Below are positions 42,997 to 53,108 of a stretch of DNA of 64,000 bases, one piece after another. The notes beneath the pieces were generated by a model. The model worked only from the letters and a program-made list of their open reading frames with translations, ran no database searches and had not been told where the DNA came from. The stretch is taken from positions 1,888,001 through 1,952,000 of the forward strand of contig CBDEUK010000002.1 in NCBI GenBank assembly GCA_965243205.1, read 5' to 3'. Position 1 is the stretch's first letter. Each line of letters opens with the position of its first letter. This DNA comes from Gammaproteobacteria bacterium. GTDB taxonomy: Bacteria; Pseudomonadota; Gammaproteobacteria; Eutrophobiales; Eutrophobiaceae. The translations under genes were made by a program, and so were the position numbers.

Positions 42997-43105
42997 GAGG
43001 TGCAGCTTTTTATAGTTATTTTAATAGGCTTGTAATGTAGAAGAGCTTTTCTATAATTAAAAGTAATTATTTCTTATATTTTTATAATTTATAGGAATAA
43101 CTTGA

Positions 43106-44080
<975 letters not shown>

Positions 44081-44374
44081 CTAGGCATTAACCATTGGTT
44101 CGATGATTTCTTTTACAAGCTTAAAATAGATAGTATAAATCTGTGGTTCTTGATCAGTTTTGTTTACAATAAAAAAAGGTGCGCGCTCAACTTGATATTG
44201 TTTGGCTAGTTGCATTCCTTCACTTTCTAAATCCCTTTCGTCCGCAATAATTGTTTTATTAATAAAACGCATATAATCGTTTTCAATTAAACGTTGTTCA
44301 ACTTCTGCACATTTTTTACAGGGTGTTCCATCCATTTTTATTTTTTTGATGAAATAGATTTCAGTGTGTGGCAT
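44081..44374 (-). CDS. Small thioredoxin/glutaredoxin-like CxxC protein
   Basis: PCKKC near the N-terminus and RAPFF (cis-Pro-like position). Confidence 0.65.
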   Translation of the reverse strand: MPHTEIYFIKKIKMDGTPCKKCAEVEQRLIENDYMRFINKTIIADERDLESEGMQLAKQYQVERAPFFIVNKTDQEPQIYTIYFKLVKEIIEPMVNA

Positions 44375-44475
44375 GGCGAATAGTCTTTTAGTTGATTTTA
44401 ATAAAAGTCTAGCTATTGATGTACTAAAACGAAAGAAGTTTTAAAAAAACTATAACAAAAAGAAAAAAGGTTTAA

Positions 44476-45372
44476 TTAATGTGCTGCAGCGAGTTGAGGT
44501 GCGTAATGTTCGTTGTGTAGAAAAGTGCCATGGGATGAAAGATCAGTGATTTCAATAGTATCGTTTTCTTTAAGAACAATCACCATATGTACACGGGAGA
44601 TATCTCTTAATTGTCGATCTAAAATAATACTGCATATAGGATCACGCCCGATGATGTTTTTACCTAAATTTAAAACATATTCGTTATTATCTTGGTCAAT
44701 AAAAAGCATGTTATCACGCTTTACTAACTTACATTTGTATTTTGAAAGTACGATATCAATATGATCTTTAGTAATAATGTCAATTAGGATTTTTTCGCCT
44801 TTCGGTAGCCGCTCCATATTGCTATTGAGTTTATGGCCATGAAGCGCTCGAACCATATCAAGTGTTGAGCTATTTAAATCAGCGGTCTCATAAAAAATAT
44901 TTGATTCAATCGTCATGGAATCTGTAATAGTTTGCGGAGGCAGTTTGGTTTTTTCCGAATATAAATAATGGATCAAATCTTGACGCGCGCTTAGGTATTG
45001 TAGGTACTTAATAATCGCAAGATGTTTGAATTCAACAAGTGATGAATTCGCATTGTTCAATGCAGCAAAAATATCACGCCAATTATGATCTTGTGAAAAA
45101 ACTAAAGATTCTGTTTCTCTTAAGGTTTCATCGATGCTTTGAGGATCTTGCATATAATCCGCTACCATTGAAACAAAGTAACTTTCAACATTTTTTATAG
45201 TGATAGATTCATCATTAAGTTGTTCAACTGATAGATGAACTATATCGGATATCTTCTTGGCAGGGATTGAAGTTCTTCCATTTAAAGCAAATTCAAACTC
45301 TTCAACACTATTAAATACAATTGGCTGACCGCTGATATTAAGCTTGACTGATTGTTGTATTTTTTTATCCAT
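44476..45372 (-). CDS. FHA domain-containing protein
   Basis: C-terminal IIGRD, ISRVH, DLSSHGT; N-terminal helical region unrecognised. Confidence 0.85.
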   Translation of the reverse strand: MDKKIQQSVKLNISGQPIVFNSVEEFEFALNGRTSIPAKKISDIVHLSVEQLNDESITIKNVESYFVSMVADYMQDPQSIDETLRETESLVFSQDHNWRDIFAALNNANSSLVEFKHLAIIKYLQYLSARQDLIHYLYSEKTKLPPQTITDSMTIESNIFYETADLNSSTLDMVRALHGHKLNSNMERLPKGEKILIDIITKDHIDIVLSKYKCKLVKRDNMLFIDQDNNEYVLNLGKNIIGRDPICSIILDRQLRDISRVHMVIVLKENDTIEITDLSSHGTFLHNEHYAPQLAAAH

Positions 45373-45513
45373 GCATATAGAAACAACGTAATGAAAGAAA
45401 ACAAATTTAAATTAAATAAAAGGTCTAAAATTCAATGAACCAATTTTAAAATATTTTTAAGATCTGTACAGTAAATTTATTGTAATAATGTGAACAAAAA
45501 CTGATTGACACGG

Positions 45514-46578
45514 TTATTTTTTGCATACTGGTTCATGTTTCCTCTTAAGGTATTCACGACGTTGTTGTTTTGAGCAGCCGTCTAACTTCTTTACTGTTTG
45601 ATAAAATAAAGATAAATCTTCGTTCAGTGTTTGATAGAGTTCTATAAATTCCGGGACAAGTTCTCGATAGGTGCTGACAGCGGAGAATCTTGCGTTATTC
45701 AATGGCTTTTTAAACCAATTATCAAAACCTTTATAGCCATCCCAGTTTTGAGAGAGTATTTCATAATCGGTTTTAAATTGTTTCAGTAAGGATTGTTTTT
45801 TTTCTCGTTTTGATTTTTCATTTATTTTGGAATCATAAACGACTTCTAGTTTTTTTTTATATTGAAACAGCAATGAAACAAATTCTTCCTCGTAGTGTTG
45901 TTCTTTCAGCAAGTCTTTGTAGAGAGGGGATTGGTTAGTTTGTTGCAACCACATATCTAGACCAATCATAGCGATAGAATCTGCAAAGGCTTCATTAAAT
46001 TCGCTGTCATTTTTGAGATATATTTTTTGGTGTGTTAATTCATGAAAGATGATTCGGGCAAGATATAAATCATCATAACGAATCATGGTATTGAGAATAG
46101 GATCATCAAACCAACCCAGAGTCGAATAAGCTGTTACACTACCGACGAAGACATCCATATTTTGTTCAGATAATTCAGTCGCAAGTTGGTCAGCAGACTC
46201 TTTGTTGTAGTAACCGCGATAACTGAGACATCCAACAAAAGCGTAACACCATGTTTGTGGTGTAAAAGAAAACTCAGGTGTTGCGAACACATTCCAGACT
46301 ACGTAAGGACGTTTGATATCTGCATAATGTTGATAACTACCGTTATTAGGTAGTAGCAGTTCGTGTTCTGCAAAGTTTAATAGATCTTTTACCAGGGTCA
46401 GTTTGTGTTCTAGCTCAGCAGTTGGAGCTTGTTTAAGAACATCATCGATGGATTGTCGGTTAAGTAAAACCTCGCTATGACCTTGAATCGACTGAATATA
46501 GTAGGGAATATTCGAACAACCCGTAAATAAAAGAACGCAAATAAGTTGAAAAATAGCCAGAGTACATTTCATTTTCAT
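45514..46578 (-). CDS. Putative Zn-dependent aminopeptidase lipoprotein
   Basis: Lipobox FTGC, AYSTLGWFDDP, HELTH...FNEAFA gluzincin pattern. Confidence 0.88.
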   Translation of the reverse strand: MKMKCTLAIFQLICVLLFTGCSNIPYYIQSIQGHSEVLLNRQSIDDVLKQAPTAELEHKLTLVKDLLNFAEHELLLPNNGSYQHYADIKRPYVVWNVFATPEFSFTPQTWCYAFVGCLSYRGYYNKESADQLATELSEQNMDVFVGSVTAYSTLGWFDDPILNTMIRYDDLYLARIIFHELTHQKIYLKNDSEFNEAFADSIAMIGLDMWLQQTNQSPLYKDLLKEQHYEEEFVSLLFQYKKKLEVVYDSKINEKSKREKKQSLLKQFKTDYEILSQNWDGYKGFDNWFKKPLNNARFSAVSTYRELVPEFIELYQTLNEDLSLFYQTVKKLDGCSKQQRREYLKRKHEPVCKK

Positions 46579-46673
46579 GATAAATACTATAATGTAATCA
46601 AGCTGATGATTCGAATTATTAGAATTTCAGTCAAATACTTCACCTAAGTAAATACAAAAGCTAACATAAGATA

Positions 46674-47507
46674 ATGTACTCAACATTAATATCTGTAGAG
46701 CAGCTAGATGCGATGATCGGGGCTGAGGAATTAGTCATCGTAGATTGCCGTTATGATTTATCGAATCCTGATGCAGGCAAAAAGGATTATCAAGAAAATC
46801 ATATTCCAAGTGCTGTATATGCAGATGTTCACGATGATTTAAGTGGTCCTCCGTTAACCGATTCTGGCAGGCATCCACTGCCCAGTCCTGATGCTTTAAA
46901 TCAGTTATTTTCACGATTAGGTATTACACATCATTCTCAAGTAGTTGTTTACGATGCAAGTGGTGGCGCTTTTGCTGCGCGTCTATGGTGGTTATTACAA
47001 TACATGGGACATGAAGCTGTAGCTTTATTAGATGGTGGTTGGCTCGAGTGGAGTCGTTTGTCGAAGCCGCAATCTCAGATGATTCCTGAGGTTGATAGTA
47101 GTAACTTCATTGGTGCTGCTAAATCTGATTGGTTAATATTGGTTGAGCAGGTGCTTTCTGCTGAATTATTAATTGATTCACGCGACCCAGCTAGATACAG
47201 TGGTGAAGTCGAGCCAATTGACCCACAAGCCGGTCATATTCCTGGAGCAATCAATCATTTTTGGCAGAATAATCTGAGCAGTAATGGTTTGTTTAAATCC
47301 TCCGAACTATTAAAAAATCAATTCGCTGAATTATTTCAAGATATACCCAGTCAAGACGTCGTTTTTTATTGTGGTTCAGGTGTGACGGCATGTCATAATT
47401 TATTGGCTGTACGTCATGCAGGTCTAGATGCTTCCTGTTTATACGCTGGATCATGGAGTGAATGGTGTTCAAACGCTGAACGAGCAGTAGTTAAGGGAAA
47501 CGAATAA
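46674..47507 (+). CDS. Tandem-rhodanese sulfurtransferase (SseA-like)
   Basis: HIPSA, GRHPLP, GHIPGA, YCGSGVTAC, YAGSWSEW. Confidence 0.93.
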   Translation: MYSTLISVEQLDAMIGAEELVIVDCRYDLSNPDAGKKDYQENHIPSAVYADVHDDLSGPPLTDSGRHPLPSPDALNQLFSRLGITHHSQVVVYDASGGAFAARLWWLLQYMGHEAVALLDGGWLEWSRLSKPQSQMIPEVDSSNFIGAAKSDWLILVEQVLSAELLIDSRDPARYSGEVEPIDPQAGHIPGAINHFWQNNLSSNGLFKSSELLKNQFAELFQDIPSQDVVFYCGSGVTACHNLLAVRHAGLDASCLYAGSWSEWCSNAERAVVKGNE

Positions 47508-47522
47508 TAATCATACTGAACA

Positions 47523-49178
47523 ATGCTCATGTTTAAAAAAAATATCGATAAAGCTTGGAATAAAATTTTATTTGCAATTGGCTTGATGATATTGGGCAAT
47601 TTGTTTAGTCAACTTTCCTACGCGAATCAAAGCGCTTTGGATTTAGTCTTAGTGTTAGATAATTCAGGTAGCATGAAAAAAAATGACCCAGAATTTATCG
47701 TTCCACAAGCAATCCAAAAATTCATTCAACAGCAATCAGAGCAGACACAGATATCCGTTATTATCTTTGATAAAAATGTGAATTTGTCACTGCCTTTTAT
47801 TCAAGTCAACGAAGAAAATTTTTCTGAATTTTCAAAGAGTCTAGAATCTATCAATTACAAAGGTCTGTACACGGATAGTCCTGCCGCAATAGAGCGAGCA
47901 ATTTATGAACTTAAAAATTATGGCCGTACTGATTCGCAAAAAAATATTGTTTTTCTAACTGATGGGATCGTTGATACAGGTAAACCAGAATTTGATTTAG
48001 AAAAAACACGTTGGTTAAAACAAGAGCTAGCTGCGGATGCCGTTGAAAATGCAATCAAGATTTTTTCTATCGGCTTTACTGAGAACGCAGATTTTCAATT
48101 AATTCAATCATTAGCACAACAAACTCATGGAGAATATTACCGTGCGATGGAGGCGAGTGATTTAGAAAATGCATTCAGTAAAATCAGTACAGCAATCAAT
48201 TTTCAGCCTGTTATTTCAGAAACTGATTCAATAGTCGTTTCAACTGAGCCTGCCAATGAGGAGATCGTTGAAATTGAAACGAATATTTCTACTCCAGAAG
48301 ACGTATCTTCTGAGCAAGTTACTCTTCAAAAGAATCAAGAACCTGAATTAAGTTCGATGATTCAGGCAGAGAGTGATGAAACAAATTCCAAACCTTATAT
48401 CGAAGAGCCGCCTGAGACGCCTACATTAGTTGCAGAAGATATTAAACCGATTACCGAACAAATTCATATGGAAACCAATAGCGGTTTACCCTATGTGTTA
48501 TTGGGTGTGTTTGGTTTGGTCATCGGCGGCTTAGTTTATTGGCTTTATCTTAGGCCTCAATGGGCAGTTCATTCAGATGAGTTTTATGTCTCTGAAGCGT
48601 ATTTATTAGATGTTCATAATCATACTAAAGAAAAAAAATATCAATTAACTGAAACAGTGACAATGGTTGGGCGAGTTGAACCGTCCAATAACGAACAAAT
48701 AAATTATATCGTGATCCCTGAAACGACCATTGGGCGAAGACATGCTTTATTTGAATATCGGGATTATTCATTTTGGGTTATTGACCAAGGCAGTACTAAT
48801 GGTACTTATGTAAATGATAAATTAATTGAAACCGCAACTCGGCTGAAAGATGGAGATAGAGTTCGCTTTCATAAATTTGAATTCGTGTTTGAGGTGCCTG
48901 AACTTCAAGAAGATGGGATTACTGAAGTTTCAGCAACTATTCTTAAGCAGGCCGTGAATGAGAGAGCAAAAGAACTTCCTGAACCCCAGTTTGATATTAC
49001 TATGCAAAATTCCGATTTAATTCAGTCCGCAGAGAATGAGGCAATTACTGAGTTTAATTCAGTCAAAGTTTCAGAGGACGAATTCATACTGGATTCAGAA
49101 GACGAAACCATACTGCCTGAGCAAGCTTTTGATCTGAGCTTAGAACCACAAACTGACTCAGAAGACCCTGAAAAGTAA
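47523..49178 (+). CDS. Membrane protein with exported VWA domain and cytoplasmic FHA domain
   Basis: Signal-like N-terminus; MIDAS DNSGS..T..TDG; acidic linker; TM; VGR, GRRHA, GSTNGT. Confidence 0.85.
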   Translation: MLMFKKNIDKAWNKILFAIGLMILGNLFSQLSYANQSALDLVLVLDNSGSMKKNDPEFIVPQAIQKFIQQQSEQTQISVIIFDKNVNLSLPFIQVNEENFSEFSKSLESINYKGLYTDSPAAIERAIYELKNYGRTDSQKNIVFLTDGIVDTGKPEFDLEKTRWLKQELAADAVENAIKIFSIGFTENADFQLIQSLAQQTHGEYYRAMEASDLENAFSKISTAINFQPVISETDSIVVSTEPANEEIVEIETNISTPEDVSSEQVTLQKNQEPELSSMIQAESDETNSKPYIEEPPETPTLVAEDIKPITEQIHMETNSGLPYVLLGVFGLVIGGLVYWLYLRPQWAVHSDEFYVSEAYLLDVHNHTKEKKYQLTETVTMVGRVEPSNNEQINYIVIPETTIGRRHALFEYRDYSFWVIDQGSTNGTYVNDKLIETATRLKDGDRVRFHKFEFVFEVPELQEDGITEVSATILKQAVNERAKELPEPQFDITMQNSDLIQSAENEAITEFNSVKVSEDEFILDSEDETILPEQAFDLSLEPQTDSEDPEK

Positions 49179-49235
49179 GAAATAATATCCAATCATAAAA
49201 AATTCACTTTTTTGAGTTCTAATATCAAAAACAGC

Positions 49236-49262
49236 TAAAGTTTTTCCTATTTTTGCCGTTAT
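49236..49262 (+). promoter_or_regulatory. Putative sigma28 (FliA) promoter
   Basis: TAAAGTTT-N11-GCCGTTAT versus consensus TAAAGTTT-N11-GCCGATAA. Confidence 0.75.
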
Positions 49263-49363
49263 AAAACTATCTTAAAAACACAACGGTTATTTTATAAACA
49301 ACCCAACATATTTTCTAATGATTTAATGCATTTAGAAAACAAAGTGTTAGGAGTAGATAGTTT

Positions 49364-50305
49364 ATGACTTCAGCAGCAATTGATATTAACGAATCTCCAA
49401 GTAATAACATCGCAAACTTAGCTACGTATCAGCCTCCACGAGGACCATCTGATTCGTGGATTGAAAATGTTATGGATTCATTGGCAAATAACGGCATTAA
49501 GAAAAAATTATCGAATGCTGCCAGAGTCCATCCATGCATTATCGAGGGGCAAAGGGTCTTGGTTTATCAACGAGGTTTGAAACAAAAAGAACCAGAAGTA
49601 TTTGCTGAATTGATTGATTTTGCTCAAACAAACAGTTTTGCATTAAAAGAAGATCAAAGAGACATCCATCAGAAAGACATTCCATTTGAAAGACGCAAAG
49701 CTAAAACAACATCCATGGTATTACTGGCTGGCGGATTGTTTTTACATGGTGCTGCTCAAGCTGGCGCAATTCCAAAAAATCAACTTGATGATTTAATTAA
49801 TAAAGATTATGTGTATCCGATGGTACAAGTGGTTGATGAATCACAAAGTAAACATCGATCTTATTTAGCTCATGATGGAAAAGTATCACCAGTTACTAAA
49901 TCGAATGAAATTGAAAATATTTTATCGATAGCAAGTAAAGTTAAATCGCAAGGTACTATGACAGGTGTAAGCACTCATAATATAAAAATGCCTGAAGAGT
50001 ATATTGGTGGTTTTATTAATCGCTATGATTATCAATTCGATAATTCTTTTTATGGAAACAATTACAGCTACTATGAAGGTGATGGCTTTGGTGCCTTAGC
50101 TTATTACAATGGTGGAAATGTATTGGTTGATGTTTTGATTGGTAATGATGCGCAAATTAATCAAATAATAGGTGGTCCATATGATCAAGTATTATATGAT
50201 AATCATCAGATGCAATTGTTTACTTATCGTTCTAAAAAGAATCAGCAAACAAGTTTTTTGAAAGCAACGTACTCTATGGGTATAACAACCTTAATTAGTT
50301 TATAA
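49364..50305 (+). CDS. Hypothetical protein with internal signal-peptide-like segment
   Basis: 313-aa ORF, AGGAG RBS; no family recognised. Confidence 0.8.
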   Translation: MTSAAIDINESPSNNIANLATYQPPRGPSDSWIENVMDSLANNGIKKKLSNAARVHPCIIEGQRVLVYQRGLKQKEPEVFAELIDFAQTNSFALKEDQRDIHQKDIPFERRKAKTTSMVLLAGGLFLHGAAQAGAIPKNQLDDLINKDYVYPMVQVVDESQSKHRSYLAHDGKVSPVTKSNEIENILSIASKVKSQGTMTGVSTHNIKMPEEYIGGFINRYDYQFDNSFYGNNYSYYEGDGFGALAYYNGGNVLVDVLIGNDAQINQIIGGPYDQVLYDNHQMQLFTYRSKKNQQTSFLKATYSMGITTLISL

Positions 50306-50383
50306 ATAAAACTTCAAAATTTTAATCACGCACTCTATTTATAATGCATAGTTTGCTGTTTGTGATAATCTTCTCTGAAGATT

Positions 50384-51409
50384 ATGACAGCAAACGATAA
50401 GCAAAAAAATAACTCTTTAACCCACACAAAAGTCTCTAAGCATCAAAAAGTGTTAGAGATTTTATCTGATGGTCATTTTCATTCGGGCCAAGAAATTGGT
50501 GAATCATTAGGCCTTACTCGGGCCGCGATTTGGAAACAGATAAAATCCTTACAAGATGAAGGACTGGAAATTTATTCAGTTCGTGGTCGCGGCTATTGTT
50601 TAGAAACACATTTAGAGTTACTGAACTTTGATAAGATAAATGAATATTTATCTGCTGAATCTTCAAAAAAGTTAATGCAACTTAATGTTTTATTCGATGT
50701 GGATTCAACAAACTCATTTTTATTAAGACGTTTACAGCAAGGAAGTATTCATGGTGAAGTTGCTGTAAGCGAATATCAAACCTCAGGTCGTGGGCGAAGA
50801 GAGTCACAATGGGTTTCTCCTCGTGGTGCTGGTGTGTATCTCTCAGTCGGTTGGCGGTTTAACCAACTATTAGCTGATATGCATTGTTTATCATTATCCA
50901 TAGGCGTTGCTGTTGTCAGAGCTTTGAATCAGTTAGATATTCAAGGTATTGGTTTGAAGTGGCCAAATGATATTTATCATGGACTAGAAAAATTAGGCGG
51001 GGTATTAGTTGAAACACGGATGGAAAATGCAGCTTTTGCAGATGTTGTTATAGGTGTAGGAATTAATATTTCGTTGCCGGATAAAATTAAAAAAACGATT
51101 GATCAGCCAACTTCTGATTTATCAAGTATTACAAATCATTTGCCAGCAAGAAATAAATTAGCAGCAACGTTAATAAATGAGATTTTGCAAACCTTAAGCA
51201 CTTTTGAAATAGATGGTTTTAAGAATGATATTGAACAATGGAGACAGTTGGATGTCGCAAAAGAAAAAAAAGTCATATTGCAATTAGATCAGCATAACAG
51301 TATTGGTCGAGTACTTGGGATAGAAGATAATGGTATGTTGAAGATGTCAATTAACGGCGTGATTAAAAAATTTATGTCAGGACAAATCCGTTTTAAAATA
51401 GACTCATGA
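50384..51409 (+). CDS. birA: Bifunctional biotin ligase/repressor
   Basis: N-terminal HTH (SGQEIG..LGLTRAAIWK), STN, GRGRR, KWPND. Confidence 0.96.
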   Translation: MTANDKQKNNSLTHTKVSKHQKVLEILSDGHFHSGQEIGESLGLTRAAIWKQIKSLQDEGLEIYSVRGRGYCLETHLELLNFDKINEYLSAESSKKLMQLNVLFDVDSTNSFLLRRLQQGSIHGEVAVSEYQTSGRGRRESQWVSPRGAGVYLSVGWRFNQLLADMHCLSLSIGVAVVRALNQLDIQGIGLKWPNDIYHGLEKLGGVLVETRMENAAFADVVIGVGINISLPDKIKKTIDQPTSDLSSITNHLPARNKLAATLINEILQTLSTFEIDGFKNDIEQWRQLDVAKEKKVILQLDQHNSIGRVLGIEDNGMLKMSINGVIKKFMSGQIRFKIDS

Positions 51410-52149
51410 TCTTATTAATCGATATTGGTAACAGTCGAATTAAAATTTGTTATTTTCATAACAATGAATTCATTGAACATAATGCCAGTGAATATCGTCT
51501 GGATAATTTCACACAGATTTTTGAAAGTTTAGTATTAAATCAACCACAGAAAATTTTTGTTGCTAATGTTGCTGGCGATGTAATAAAACAAAAATTGATA
51601 GATTGGTGTTTAGCGCAATGGCAGTTGGAACCTGTGTTTGCTTTTGTGCAGGAAAAGATCGATCGTTTAAGCAATGCTTATTCAGAACCACAACAACTCG
51701 GTGTGGATAGATGGGTGTCGATGCTTGCTTGTCGACGGATAAGTCAAAACCACACATTATTAGTTAGCTTTGGTACAGCAACAACTTTGGATGCAATAGA
51801 TAATAAAGGCCAACATCTCGGGGGCATGATCGTCCCTGGCTATGCATTAATGCAATCTTCTTTAATAAGTAATACCCAAGAAATTAGACCAGAAGCTTCC
51901 GTTCATAATTTGGATGATTCTTTATTTGGTAAAAGTACGTTTGATGGTTTACAAAAAGGCGCTGTCACAACATTAATCGCATTGGTGGAAATGACCTATT
52001 CAAATATGAAAGAACAATATAATGTAGACGTGGACTGTATTATTACAGGTGGTTTCGCTGCGGAATTAAAAGAAAAATTGACAATAGAGTATAATTATCA
52101 AGCGCATTTAGTACTAATGGGTTTAAATGATTGGAGAAAATATTTATGA
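51406..52149 (+). CDS. coaX: Type III pantothenate kinase
   Basis: IDIGNSRIK, LGVDRW, GTATT, GGMIVPG, TGG. Confidence 0.95.
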   Translation: MILLIDIGNSRIKICYFHNNEFIEHNASEYRLDNFTQIFESLVLNQPQKIFVANVAGDVIKQKLIDWCLAQWQLEPVFAFVQEKIDRLSNAYSEPQQLGVDRWVSMLACRRISQNHTLLVSFGTATTLDAIDNKGQHLGGMIVPGYALMQSSLISNTQEIRPEASVHNLDDSLFGKSTFDGLQKGAVTTLIALVEMTYSNMKEQYNVDVDCIITGGFAAELKEKLTIEYNYQAHLVLMGLNDWRKYL

Positions 52150-52958
52150 AATGGCTGTCGATATTACTTTTAATTGCCAACGTAGCCTATTTAGGCTGGG
52201 AGTTAGATCGACAAACCATGATTAATAATGCTTTGACGCAGCATAATTTACCTAAAATACCATCAGGCGTCTCACAACTTAGCTTTTTAGATTATTCTAA
52301 AGTGCTAGGAGATGAATTGCTTACGATTAATTCAATGGAAGAAACACCCCAACTTGCAGAAGTAAATTATAGTTCTAGCAGAACACTTGACTCCAATTTG
52401 GAGTTAGAACTTAGATTAGGTCAGTTAGAATCAATTAAAAAAGTCGCTAACGATAAATTAAATCAAAATGTTCCTTTGTGCATGAGTTATGGGCCTATTG
52501 AAGGAGATGCAAAGACTGATGAGCTACATAGTTATTTGACCTCGAACCAAGTCGTAGCTAGCAAACGTCAAGCGATTGAGGAAAGTAAGTTATATTGGGT
52601 TTATTTAACGTCTAATATGAATGAAGAAAAAGCCGCTGCAGTATTGGATGATTTGAAACAAAAGGGTGTTACTGATTATCAACATATCAAAAGCGGCAAG
52701 TTTAAAAATGCGATTTCTCTTGGGCTTTTTTCCTCAAAAGAACGTGTAGATGATCGTTTAGAAGAGATTAATGCGAAAGGATATGAGCCAGTTGTTGTGC
52801 CCTATCACAAACCAGATTTAGAGCGTATTTATTGGTTAGATGCACAATTTGATACCACTCCTGTAGATTTTGAGAATATCAATTCGGGTATTTCAAGCGA
52901 GTTTGATTCGAAAACAATTTCTTGTTCCGAGATTGCGTTGAGTACTAAGAATCCATAG
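52146..52958 (+). CDS. SPOR-domain-like membrane-anchored protein
   Basis: MKWLSILLLIAN start overlapping the coaX stop (ATGA); YWVYL, NAISLGLFS; usual birA-coaX neighbour. Confidence 0.8.
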   Translation: MKWLSILLLIANVAYLGWELDRQTMINNALTQHNLPKIPSGVSQLSFLDYSKVLGDELLTINSMEETPQLAEVNYSSSRTLDSNLELELRLGQLESIKKVANDKLNQNVPLCMSYGPIEGDAKTDELHSYLTSNQVVASKRQAIEESKLYWVYLTSNMNEEKAAAVLDDLKQKGVTDYQHIKSGKFKNAISLGLFSSKERVDDRLEEINAKGYEPVVVPYHKPDLERIYWLDAQFDTTPVDFENINSGISSEFDSKTISCSEIALSTKNP

Positions 52959-52961
52959 AAT
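52933..52961 (+). promoter_or_regulatory. Putative sigma70 promoter at the end of the SPOR gene
   Basis: TTGCGT-N17-TAGAAT. Confidence 0.55.
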
Positions 52962-53108
52962 ACCTGAAGATGTTTTTAAGCTTTTCCAAAGATTTACGGG
53001 CAAAATTCTTCAAGCATGATTAACATTTAAAATGTTCATGGCTTGGACAGATTTTGAAATTATAACTATATTAAATTTTATACTTTTGTCTCTGGGGGCC
53101 ACCTTGAT

